This document shows, piece by piece, positions 1 to 10,948 of a stretch of DNA of 64,000 nucleotides; position 1 is the first letter of the stretch, and the number at the start of each line of letters is the position of its first letter. Origin of the DNA: Myxococcota bacterium (GTDB taxonomy: Bacteria; Myxococcota_A; UBA9160; UBA6930); NCBI GenBank assembly GCA_965223415.1, contig OZ245002.1:5769098-5833097 (forward strand). Direction: 5' to 3'. Under the pieces are notes generated by a model. It was not told the origin of the DNA and ran no database searches. It saw only the letters and a program-made list of their open reading frames with translations. The position numbers and the translations under genes are program-made.

Positions 1-86
1 GAGGCGAAGCCGCCGACGACGATCACGCCGAGCAGCAGGTTCGCCGCCACGTCGTTGCGGGCGAACCAGGCGATCGCCCCCTTCAC
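1..86 (-). CDS. RND efflux permease (AcrB-like), N-terminal fragment running off the window
   Basis: GTG at 86 overlaps the MFP stop (GTGA) and reads MKGAIAWFARNDVAANLLLGVIVVGGF, a typical RND permease N-terminus. Confidence 0.8.
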   Translation of the reverse strand, partial: MKGAIAWFARNDVAANLLLGVIVVGGFA

Positions 87-1255
87 GACGCGGCTCCCGC
101 CGGCGGATCGTCGCGGACCCGCACGGCCATGCCCTCGGTGGCGCTCTCGAGAGGCGAGATGCACACCCGCTCCCCGCGGGCGAGCCCGCCGCGCACGAGG
201 ATCTCGTCCGCGTCCACCCGCAGCAGGTCGACGTCCCGGAAGCGCAGCCGGTCCTCCTCGTCCACGACCAGCACCTGGCCGGCGCCTCGCAGGGAGGAGC
301 GGGGCAGCACCACGACGCCCTTCGCCTCGGCGCCGGTGATCTCGGCCTCGACGAAGAGCCCGACCGAGAGCGGCGGAGCGTCGCCCTGGGCGTAGGGTGC
401 GGGGACCTGGGCGACGACGTGCACCATGCGCGTTCGCGGGTCGAGCTCGCCCTCGGTGCGGACGACGTGCCCGTGCCACTCGTGCCGGGTTCCGGCGAAT
501 CGGGCGCGGAGCGTGACCGGGACCGCGGGCGTGCCATCCTCCCCCGCTCCCCCGTTCCGCAAGAGCGGGAGATCGATGAAGGCCAGCTCCTCGTCGTGCA
601 CCGGGAGCCGCACCTCCGCCAGGTCCACCGCGTAGATCGTGGCGACGGGCGTGCCCCGCCCGACGAACTGGCCGACGTCCACCCGTTCGGAGCGGACGCG
701 TCCCTGGTAGGGCGCGGTGATCTCGGTCCGCGCCAGGTCGCGCTCGGCCCGGGCGAGGGCCGCCCGCGCCTCCCGCAGCGAGGCCTCGGCGACGGCCAGG
801 CGGTTGGCCGCGTCGTCCCGCGCGGCATCGCTGGCGACGCCCTGGGCCTTGAGGTCGCGCTGTCGCGCGTCGTCCCGACGCGCGTCCGCCAGATCGCTCC
901 GGGCCCGGGCGGCGGCGGCGCGCCCCTGCTCGAGCGCCGCCTCGTAGTCGAGCGGGTCGATCCGCAGGAGCGGCTCGCCCTCCTCGAAGAAGCCGCCGGA
1001 CACCAGCTCCGGCGACATCCACACGACCCTCCCGGATACCTCCGGCACGAGCTCGCTCTCGGTCCTCGGCATCACGGTGCCGTGGGTGGAGACGCGCAGC
1101 CGGATCGTCTCGGGCGCGACCTCGATCGCCCGCACCAGCGGGGCCACGCGATCCGGCGGCCGCGGCTCGACCTGCGGACCGGTGGCGATGAGCAGCCCCG
1201 CACAGGCGAAGCCGCCCAGGGCGATGGCGATCGGGGTGAGCTGGCGTCGGTTCAT
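83..1255 (-). CDS. RND efflux periplasmic adaptor (membrane fusion protein)
   Basis: N-terminal TM segment, EVSGRV and ITAPYQGRV lipoyl half-motifs around an alpha-hairpin; lies directly upstream of the RND permease. Confidence 0.92.
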   Translation of the reverse strand: MNRRQLTPIAIALGGFACAGLLIATGPQVEPRPPDRVAPLVRAIEVAPETIRLRVSTHGTVMPRTESELVPEVSGRVVWMSPELVSGGFFEEGEPLLRIDPLDYEAALEQGRAAAARARSDLADARRDDARQRDLKAQGVASDAARDDAANRLAVAEASLREARAALARAERDLARTEITAPYQGRVRSERVDVGQFVGRGTPVATIYAVDLAEVRLPVHDEELAFIDLPLLRNGGAGEDGTPAVPVTLRARFAGTRHEWHGHVVRTEGELDPRTRMVHVVAQVPAPYAQGDAPPLSVGLFVEAEITGAEAKGVVVLPRSSLRGAGQVLVVDEEDRLRFRDVDLLRVDADEILVRGGLARGERVCISPLESATEGMAVRVRDDPPAGAAS

Positions 1256-1899
1256 GGTCGGTCCTCTCCAGGCGCCGGAAGGGGGGAGCCGCCTTCGATG
1301 CCCGCGGTGGCGAACGCAGCGAGGCGGTCGAGAAAGTGCGGGTCGGGCGGCGTCGCAATCGGGTTCTCGGTGGCGAGGATGTGGACCATCGCGCCGATCG
1401 CGAAGTGGAGCCGCCAGCGAATCTCGGTGGCGTCGACCTGCGGCAGCGCCCGAGCCAGCACCTCGCTGAAGCGGTCGAAGGTGGTGCCGAACTGCGCCTC
1501 GATCAGCGGCCGGGAGATCGAGCCGGGCTCGCCGAACAGCCGCGCGACGAGCCTCGGCGTGTCGCCGACCCCCTCGGTCGCCAGCGGCGCGAGGAACGCC
1601 TCCACCACTTCGCGAACGCTAGGCGCGGCCTTGCTCGCGAGCAGGGCGTCGAGGGCGCGGGTCCGCTCCTCGTGGATCGGGGCGAAGCGCCGGTCCACCA
1701 CCGCGCCGAACAGCGCCTGCTTCGAGCCGAAGTGGTAGTGGGCCGCGCCCAGGTTGACGCCCGCCCGCTGGGCGATGGCGCGCACCGAGGTGGCGGCGAA
1801 GCCACGCTCGATGAAGAGCGCCTCGGCGGCATCGAGGATCCGGGTGGGCGTGTCGGCTGCGCCCTGGGGGTTCGCCAGGGAGTGGGCCTGTGAGGACAT
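1252..1899 (-). CDS. TetR/AcrR family regulator, PsrA-like
   Basis: RILDAAEALFIERGFAATSVRAIAQRAGVNLGAAHYHFGSK HTH; ATG at 1899 chosen instead of the long ORF start; stop overlaps MFP start (ATGA). Confidence 0.92.
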   Translation of the reverse strand: MSSQAHSLANPQGAADTPTRILDAAEALFIERGFAATSVRAIAQRAGVNLGAAHYHFGSKQALFGAVVDRRFAPIHEERTRALDALLASKAAPSVREVVEAFLAPLATEGVGDTPRLVARLFGEPGSISRPLIEAQFGTTFDRFSEVLARALPQVDATEIRWRLHFAIGAMVHILATENPIATPPDPHFLDRLAAFATAGIEGGSPLPAPGEDRP

Positions 1900-1909
1900 C
1901 GGCGCCTCA

Positions 1910-1927
1910 TTCGAACGTTCGTTTGAA
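1910..1927. promoter_or_regulatory. PsrA-type operator palindrome TTCGAACG-TT-CGTTTGAA
   Basis: 7 of 8 arm positions pair; resembles the PsrA consensus CAAAC-N4-GTTTG; 10 nt upstream of the TetR start. Confidence 0.7.
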
Positions 1928-2022
1928 ATGCTATCGTCGCGGCCCTGACGCTGCAAGCGAGACGGCGGCCCCGGACCGGTCGCTATCGTCCGGGCGGGTG
2001 CGGTCGCTCGGGGGAGCAGCGG

Positions 2023-2790
2023 TTGACGGAGCCTCGGGACGGTTCGGGTGTCCGGTGGAGCGCCGCCCTCCACGCCTGCGACCCCGCCTTGCGAGCACTC
2101 TTCACGGGCTACCTCGTCGTGATCGGAATCGGGCTGCTCATGTCGTTCGCCCAGATCCTCTTCACCCACGGCATGGCCGACGGGCGCTTCGGCCTCTCCG
2201 TCGACGACATCGTCTACTCGTACTACGGCAACCGCGAAGGCAGCCGCATCGAGGCCAAGCTCCAGGGATCCATGAAGCTGATGGCCTCCGAGCAGGTCCG
2301 CGCCGAGATCGTCCGCTGGGTGCGCGAGGGCTCGCCGCGGGACGAGTGGGACGAGCGGATGCAGAGCGTGGTCGTCACCCACTGCGGCCGCTGCCACGGC
2401 GAAGTCCCCGGGATTGCGGACCTGACCCGCTACGAGGGCATCCAGGCCGTCGCTCAAATCGACGAGGGAGCGACGGTTCCCACCCTCGCACGGGTGTCGC
2501 ACATCCACCTGTTCGGGATCGCCTTCATCTTCTTCTTCGTGTGCCTGATCTTCACGTTGGCCTCCGGCGTGCCCGGCTGGCTGCGGGTGACGGCGGTCGC
2601 GATGCCCTACGTCTTCCTGAGCGTCGACGTCTTCTCCTGGTGGGCCACGAAGTGGGTGCCCGCGGCCGCCTACCTGACGATCGGGGCCGGCGCCGGCTAC
2701 GCCCTCTCCTCCGGGTTCATGATCCTGACCGCCCTCTACCAGATGTGGTGGCCGGGCTACCTGGAGCGGGCGCGACGGGCGAGCCCCTGA
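2023..2790 (+). CDS. Multi-TM membrane protein with one CxxCH heme c motif (start uncertain)
   Basis: N-terminal TM, soluble loop with CGRCH, then about three C-terminal TMs beginning SHIHLFG. Confidence 0.75.
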   Translation: MTEPRDGSGVRWSAALHACDPALRALFTGYLVVIGIGLLMSFAQILFTHGMADGRFGLSVDDIVYSYYGNREGSRIEAKLQGSMKLMASEQVRAEIVRWVREGSPRDEWDERMQSVVVTHCGRCHGEVPGIADLTRYEGIQAVAQIDEGATVPTLARVSHIHLFGIAFIFFFVCLIFTLASGVPGWLRVTAVAMPYVFLSVDVFSWWATKWVPAAAYLTIGAGAGYALSSGFMILTALYQMWWPGYLERARRASP

Positions 2791-3049
2791 GCGCGCGGGC
2801 TCTCCCGCCCGGCCCCGGCCGAGGAGCCCGACCCGGTCGGCCCGGGAGCCGGGCATCGACTGCCAGCGAAAGGAGGTGTGCGGCGAGAGCCGCCGTCCTG
2901 CGACCACCTCGCCGGTCGGGCACGGCGCCACAGCTCCGGGCTCGGACGTTGTCTTTTCCCAACGATTCCAACAACTTGCCCTCAAGTTCCGCCCCCTTGG
3001 TAACCGATTCGCCGTAGGCGACTCTCACCCGAAGCCTTGAGGGGGGCTC

Positions 3050-5710
<2,661 letters not shown>

Positions 5711-5717
5711 GCGCGCC

Positions 5718-7022
5718 ATGGCCACACTCCACGAGTTCCACCTGCCGGACATCGGCGACTTCCAGGGCGTCGACGTGGTCGAGGTGCTCGTCGCACCGGG
5801 CGACAAGGTCGAGAAGGAGCAATCGCTCATCGTGCTGGAGAGCGACAAGGCCACCATGGAGGTGCCCGCCCCATGCGCCGGCGTCGTGCGCGAGCTGCGC
5901 GTCGGAGTGGGAGACCAGGTGAGCGAAGGCGACCTGATCGCCGTGATCGAGGGCAGCGAGGAAGCGGCCGCCCAGGAGCCGTCTCCCGAGCCGCCGCCGT
6001 CAGCGGAGCGCACTCCTGCGCCCGAAGCCGCGCCGGCCGTCGGCACGCCCAACGCGATGGCCGTGCCCACGGTCCTCGACGCCGATGCAGCGCCACCCGA
6101 GGCGTGGAAGCCCCCTGTCCCCCACGCCAGCCCGTCGGTGCGCCTGCTGGCCCGGGAGCTCGGCGTCGACCTGACCCTCGTGCCCGGCTCCGGGCGCAAG
6201 GGCCGCATCCTGAAGGAGGACGTGCAGTCCTTCGTGAAGGCGTCCCTCTCCCAGGGCACGGGCGCCGGGGTGCCGATCGCCGGCGTCCAGGTGGCCGCGC
6301 CGCTCGAGATCGACTTCTCGAAATTCGGCGCGACCGAGCTGCAGCCCCTCAACCGGATCCGCAAGCTCTCCGCGGCCAACCTGCACCGGAGCTGGGTCAC
6401 GGTCCCCCACGTCACCCAGTTCGACGAGGCCGACATCACCGACCTCGACGCCTTCCGCAAGGAGCAGAAGGCCGCCGCGGCGGAGCGCGGCGTGAAGCTG
6501 ACCTTCCTGCCCTTCGTGGTGAAGGCGGTCACCACCGCCCTACGCGACTTCCCACACTTCAACGCCTCCCTCGACGTGACCGGCGAGAACCTGATCCTGA
6601 AGCGCTACTTCCACATCGGCGTCGCCGTCGACACCGAGAACGGCCTGGTGGTGCCGACCATCAAGGACGCCGAGAAGAAGGGGCTCTTCGAGATCGCCGG
6701 CGAGCTGCAGGACCTCTCGGAGCGGGCGCGCACGCGGAAGCTGCGCCCCTCGGACCTCCAGGGCGGGAGCTTCAGCATCTCGAGCCTGGGCGGCATCGGC
6801 GGGACCTTCTTCACGCCGATCGTGAACCACCCGGAGGTGGCGATCCTGGGCGTCTCGCGCATGGAGTGGAAGCCCGTGCACCGCGACGGGGAGTTCGTGC
6901 CGCGCCTCATCCTCCCCCTCTCCCTCTCCTACGACCACCGGGTGATCGACGGCGCCGACGCGGTGCGCTTCACCAGTCATCTCGCAGCGCTGCTCTCGGA
7001 CCTGCGTCGCCTGCTCCTCTGA
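5718..7022 (+). CDS. aceF: Dihydrolipoamide acetyltransferase E2 (one lipoyl domain)
   Basis: [10 protein letters not shown] lipoyl site, [15 protein letters not shown]3-binding domain, DHRVIDG catalytic motif. Confidence 0.97.
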   Translation: MATLHEFHLPDIGDFQGVDVVEVLVAPGDKVEKEQSLIVLESDKATMEVPAPCAGVVRELRVGVGDQVSEGDLIAVIEGSEEAAAQEPSPEPPPSAERTPAPEAAPAVGTPNAMAVPTVLDADAAPPEAWKPPVPHASPSVRLLARELGVDLTLVPGSGRKGRILKEDVQSFVKASLSQGTGAGVPIAGVQVAAPLEIDFSKFGATELQPLNRIRKLSAANLHRSWVTVPHVTQFDEADITDLDAFRKEQKAAAAERGVKLTFLPFVVKAVTTALRDFPHFNASLDVTGENLILKRYFHIGVAVDTENGLVVPTIKDAEKKGLFEIAGELQDLSERARTRKLRPSDLQGGSFSISSLGGIGGTFFTPIVNHPEVAILGVSRMEWKPVHRDGEFVPRLILPLSLSYDHRVIDGADAVRFTSHLAALLSDLRRLLL

Positions 7023-8728
7023 TGCCGCAGGAGATCACGGTCCGCGTCCCCGACATCGGGGAGTTCGAAGGCGTCGACGTGGTGGAGCTGCTGGTCGGCC
7101 CCGGCGACCACGTCGCCGTGGAGGACCCGCTCGTCACCCTCGAGAGCGACAAGGCCTCGATGGACGTGCCGTGCCCGGTGGACGGCGTCGTGGTGCGGAT
7201 GGCGGTGGCCGTCGGCGACCAGGTGAGCGAGGGCGATGCCCTGTGCGCGGTGGAGGTGGAGGCCGCCCTGGAGAGCCCGCCGCCGGCCGGCGAGCCCGCA
7301 CCGGCGGCATCCGCGGCGCGGGCCGACGGACCATCCACCGAGGTCCTGGTGCTCGGGGGCGGGCCCGGCGGCTACACCGCCGCCTTCCGCGCCGCCGATC
7401 TCGGCAAGCGCGTCACCCTGGTCGAGCGCTTCCCGACCCTCGGCGGCGTGTGCCTCAACGTGGGCTGCATCCCCTCCAAGGCCCTGCTGCACATGGCCGA
7501 CGTGATCGAGGAAGCCGCCGCACTCCGGGAGCACGGCGTCGACTTCGGAACGCCGCGGCTCGACCTGGCGCGGATCCGCGCGCGCAAGGACGAGGTGGTG
7601 GGAACCCTCACGAAGGGCCTTGCCGGCCTCGCGCGGCAGCGGCAGGTGGAGGTCGTCCAAGGCGAGGGACGCTTCGTCGGGCCCCACGAAGTGGAGGTGA
7701 CGGGCGCGGAGGGAACGCGCCGGCTGCGCTTCGAACACGCCATCGTCGCTGCCGGCTCGCGGACGGTGGAGCTTCCGGGCGTGCCGGACGATCCGCGCAT
7801 CCTCGACTCGACCTCCGCCCTCGAGCTGCCCCTGGTCGAGGGCCGTCTACTGGTGATCGGCGGCGGCATCATCGGCCTCGAGATGGCGACGGTCTACGCC
7901 GGCTTCGGCGCCGAGGTCTCGGTCGTGGAGCTCCTGGACCAGCTCATGACCGGCGCCGACCGGGACCTGGTGCGCCCCCTCGAGCGCCGCCTGAAGCAGC
8001 GCCTTGCCGCGATCTGGGTCGGCACGCGGGTCGAGGGAATCGAGGCGAAGGACGACGGCCTGCACGCGACGTTCTCGGGAGAGGGCGCGCCGGCCAGCGA
8101 GCGCTTCGACCAGGTGCTCGTCGCCGTGGGACGTCGGCCGAACGGCGACCGCATCGGCGCGGACGCGGCGGGCCTTCGCGTCGACGAGCGGGGCTTCGTG
8201 CCGGTGGACGCCAAGCAGCGCACCAACCTGGCCCACGTCTACGCCATCGGCGATGTCACGGGCCAGCCCATGCTGGCCCACAAGGCCACCCACGAGGGCA
8301 AGACCGCCGCCGAGGTGATCGCCGGCCTGCCCGCCTCCTTCGACGCCCGAGCGATCCCGTCGGTGGCCTACACGGATCCGGAAGTCGCCTGGACCGGTCT
8401 CACCGAGGAGGCGGCCGAGGGCGTGGCGGTGCGCAAGGCGGTCTTTCCGTGGGCCGCGAGCGGTCGTGCCCTGGGCATGGGCCGCAGCGAGGGAATGACG
8501 AAGCTGCTCTTCTCCGCCGAGGACGGCCGTCTGCTCGGCGCCGGCATCACGGGCCCGAACGCCGGCGACCTGATCGCGGAGGCGACCCTGGCCCTCGAGC
8601 TGGGTGCCGACGCGGAGGACCTCGGGCTGACGATCCACCCCCACCCCACCCTCTCCGAGACGATCGCCTTCGCCGCCGAGCTCGCCGCCGGGACCATCAC
8701 GGACCTGATGCCACCCCGGCGATCCTGA
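7022..8728 (+). CDS. lpdA: Dihydrolipoamide dehydrogenase E3 with N-terminal lipoyl domain
   Basis: ATG at 7022 overlaps the aceF stop; ESDKASMDVP, GGGPGG, CLNVGC disulfide and HPHPTLSE motifs. Confidence 0.97.
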   Translation: MPQEITVRVPDIGEFEGVDVVELLVGPGDHVAVEDPLVTLESDKASMDVPCPVDGVVVRMAVAVGDQVSEGDALCAVEVEAALESPPPAGEPAPAASAARADGPSTEVLVLGGGPGGYTAAFRAADLGKRVTLVERFPTLGGVCLNVGCIPSKALLHMADVIEEAAALREHGVDFGTPRLDLARIRARKDEVVGTLTKGLAGLARQRQVEVVQGEGRFVGPHEVEVTGAEGTRRLRFEHAIVAAGSRTVELPGVPDDPRILDSTSALELPLVEGRLLVIGGGIIGLEMATVYAGFGAEVSVVELLDQLMTGADRDLVRPLERRLKQRLAAIWVGTRVEGIEAKDDGLHATFSGEGAPASERFDQVLVAVGRRPNGDRIGADAAGLRVDERGFVPVDAKQRTNLAHVYAIGDVTGQPMLAHKATHEGKTAAEVIAGLPASFDARAIPSVAYTDPEVAWTGLTEEAAEGVAVRKAVFPWAASGRALGMGRSEGMTKLLFSAEDGRLLGAGITGPNAGDLIAEATLALELGADAEDLGLTIHPHPTLSETIAFAAELAAGTITDLMPPRRS

Positions 8729-8816
8729 CCGGGAAACGGACGCGAGCCGAACGCGAGGGGTCGGCAGGCTGAGGTGCAGCCACTCACCGGCCAGACAGCT
8801 CGTCGAGGTGATTCCC

Positions 8817-9386
8817 ATGCGGCTCCGCTCCCAGCTGACCCTGCTGCTCCTCCTCTGCCCCACGGCCGCCCTGTCGATACCCGTCACGCTGTCGGTCCAG
8901 ACCGGGGGCGTCCCGGGCTTCAGCTACTCGTGGCTCCACACCGCCGACGCCTGCCCCCATGGCGGCTACTGGATGTGCGGGACCCAGCCGAACCAGGCGG
9001 TCACCGGCAGCCTCACCGCCAACCAGAACGGCAACGCCTTCGCGGGCATCGCCGGCAGCCTGGTCATCGGCGGCACCCGCCACGTCGTGTCCGGGAGCCT
9101 GAACTTCTCGGTGGCGGCGGGCGCCTCGCTCGGCAACCTCACGATCGGCAGCCTGGGGACCTTCGACTTCGTGAACGCCCAACTCTCGGGCCCGGCGAAC
9201 GGCTATGCCGGCAACGTGATCTCGCTGTGGGGCCAGAACTTCGCGCCCAGCAAGACCCCCGTGAAGGGCGGCTACGGCGTCGATCTCTCACTCAAGGTCT
9301 CGCCTGCGATCCCGGAGCCCACCGCCGCCCTGGTCTTCGCGCTCGGCGCGCTGGTCGCGCGCGGCGCGGCCCGCCGACGCGCCTAG
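8817..9386 (+). CDS. PEP-CTERM surface protein (paralog 1)
   Basis: Signal peptide; C-terminal IPEP-TM-RRR; GAGG SD-like sequence upstream. Confidence 0.85.
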   Translation: MRLRSQLTLLLLLCPTAALSIPVTLSVQTGGVPGFSYSWLHTADACPHGGYWMCGTQPNQAVTGSLTANQNGNAFAGIAGSLVIGGTRHVVSGSLNFSVAAGASLGNLTIGSLGTFDFVNAQLSGPANGYAGNVISLWGQNFAPSKTPVKGGYGVDLSLKVSPAIPEPTAALVFALGALVARGAARRRA

Positions 9387-9538
9387 CGAGGCCACCCCCG
9401 GCGCGGAATCTCGAGCGAGCAGACGACCGGCAACCCGTGCGCAGGCAATGCGCAGACCGGGTAGAAACGGGACCCTGCGCGTTACCTCCCGGGCCGCCGC
9501 GGAGACTCACTCACGAACACCCTTTCGTGGAGTCTCCC

Positions 9539-10123
9539 ATGACCCTGCTGCGCACCCTCCTGATCCTCGCCGCCCTGGCCCTTCCGGCCGCGGCCTCCGC
9601 TGCCACGGTGCACCTGCACTCGCTCACCGGCAGCGTGCCCGGCTTCGGCTTCAGCACGATCCACTCGCTGGACGGCTGCCCGAACGGCGGCTTCTACATG
9701 TGCGGCAGCGAGACCCACGCGGTGACCCAGTCGATTCTCACCGCTCAGCAGGTGGGCTCGGCTTTCCACAACATCCACGGAAGCGTGAGCGTCGACGGCG
9801 TGCAGCGGCAGGTGAGCGGCGATCTCGACTTCGGCGTGGCCCCGGGCGCGGCGATCGGCCATCTGACGATCGCGGGCTGGGGCACCTTCCAGTTCCTGAA
9901 CCTCCACTTCTCCGGCCCGGCCAACGGCTTCAGCGACGACAAGCTGTGGCTCTGGGGCCAGACCTACGATCCGCAGCTGCAGCTCGAGCCCGGCGAAGGC
10001 GACTGGGGCCTGGACATCGCCTTCGAGGTGACGCCGGCGATGCCCGAGCCCAGCGGCGCCCTGGCCTTCGGCCTGGGTGCGCTGATCGTGCGGGCCGGCA
10101 CCCGGCGGCTCCGCCGGTCCTAG
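9539..10123 (+). CDS. PEP-CTERM surface protein (paralog 2)
   Basis: MTLLRTLLILAALALPAAASA signal peptide; C-terminal MPEP-TM-RRLRR; homologous to paralog 1. Confidence 0.85.
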   Translation: MTLLRTLLILAALALPAAASAATVHLHSLTGSVPGFGFSTIHSLDGCPNGGFYMCGSETHAVTQSILTAQQVGSAFHNIHGSVSVDGVQRQVSGDLDFGVAPGAAIGHLTIAGWGTFQFLNLHFSGPANGFSDDKLWLWGQTYDPQLQLEPGEGDWGLDIAFEVTPAMPEPSGALAFGLGALIVRAGTRRLRRS

Positions 10124-10887
10124 CCCGACGACCCTTCTTCGCGCCGGCGGCGGACCCGAACGGCCCGCGGCCGGCGTCGTGTTTCGGCCGCCGCCCCCTG
10201 CTCGAGGAACGCCGCGGCCATGCGCGGGCCGGCCCCCGCGTCCTCGTGCTTGAAGAAGACGTAGGCCTCCTCGGCGCCAGCGTCGGCGACCTTGTCGGCC
10301 CAGGCGAGGAGCGCAGCGTCGTCGTAGTTCGGGCGGCGCAGCCGCAGATAGAGGAGCCGACCGGCCCCCGGAAACGCCTCGGCGGGAGCCTCCTCGGTGT
10401 CCGCGAGGACGACGGCCAGGCCCCGCTCCCGCAGCCGCTCGTCGGCGCCCTCCTCGAGCCAAGAGGGATGGCGGAACTCGAAGGCGGCCGAGGTGCCGTC
10501 CGGGAGGAGATCGACGAAGCGATCGAGGCGTTCCATGTCGGCCGGGAGGTTCGGCGGGAGCTGGAAGAGCAAGGCCCCGAGCCGTTCGCCGAGGACGGCA
10601 GTGGTCTGGAGCAGGTAGCCCGTCTCCTCGCCCGCCTCCTTCAGCCGCTTGAAGTGGGTGATGCGGCGCGACGCCTTGATGACGAAGCGGAACTCCGACG
10701 GCACCTGCTCCGCCCAGCCCTCGAGGACGCTCGTCTTCGGCATCCGGTAGAAGGTGTTGTTGATCTCGACCGCCGGCAGCCGCTCGGCATAGAAGGAGAG
10801 CATCTCCTTCGCGGGGAGCTTCTCCGGGTAGAAGGGACCCTTCCACTCCTTGTACGAGAAGCCGCTGGTGCCGGCGCGCAGCGTCAT
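10120..10887 (-). CDS. DUF72 (YecE-like) protein
   Basis: GTSGFSYKEWKGPFYP, VEINNTFYR, LFQLPP and EFRHPSW motifs. Confidence 0.92.
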   Translation of the reverse strand: MTLRAGTSGFSYKEWKGPFYPEKLPAKEMLSFYAERLPAVEINNTFYRMPKTSVLEGWAEQVPSEFRFVIKASRRITHFKRLKEAGEETGYLLQTTAVLGERLGALLFQLPPNLPADMERLDRFVDLLPDGTSAAFEFRHPSWLEEGADERLRERGLAVVLADTEEAPAEAFPGAGRLLYLRLRRPNYDDAALLAWADKVADAGAEEAYVFFKHEDAGAGPRMAAAFLEQGAAAETRRRPRAVRVRRRREEGSSG

Positions 10888-10948
10888 GGGCACCGGAGTA
10901 TAGCTGCGGGGCCCTCGCGAGAGTGGGGGCGCTTCGACACGTCCCCGG

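Noticed and set aside
9387..9500. c-di-GMP-I riboswitch upstream of the second PEP-CTERM gene
   Set aside because: Only a vague GGCAA-C resemblance; the conserved tetraloop/receptor architecture could not be found by eye and an Rfam search is needed
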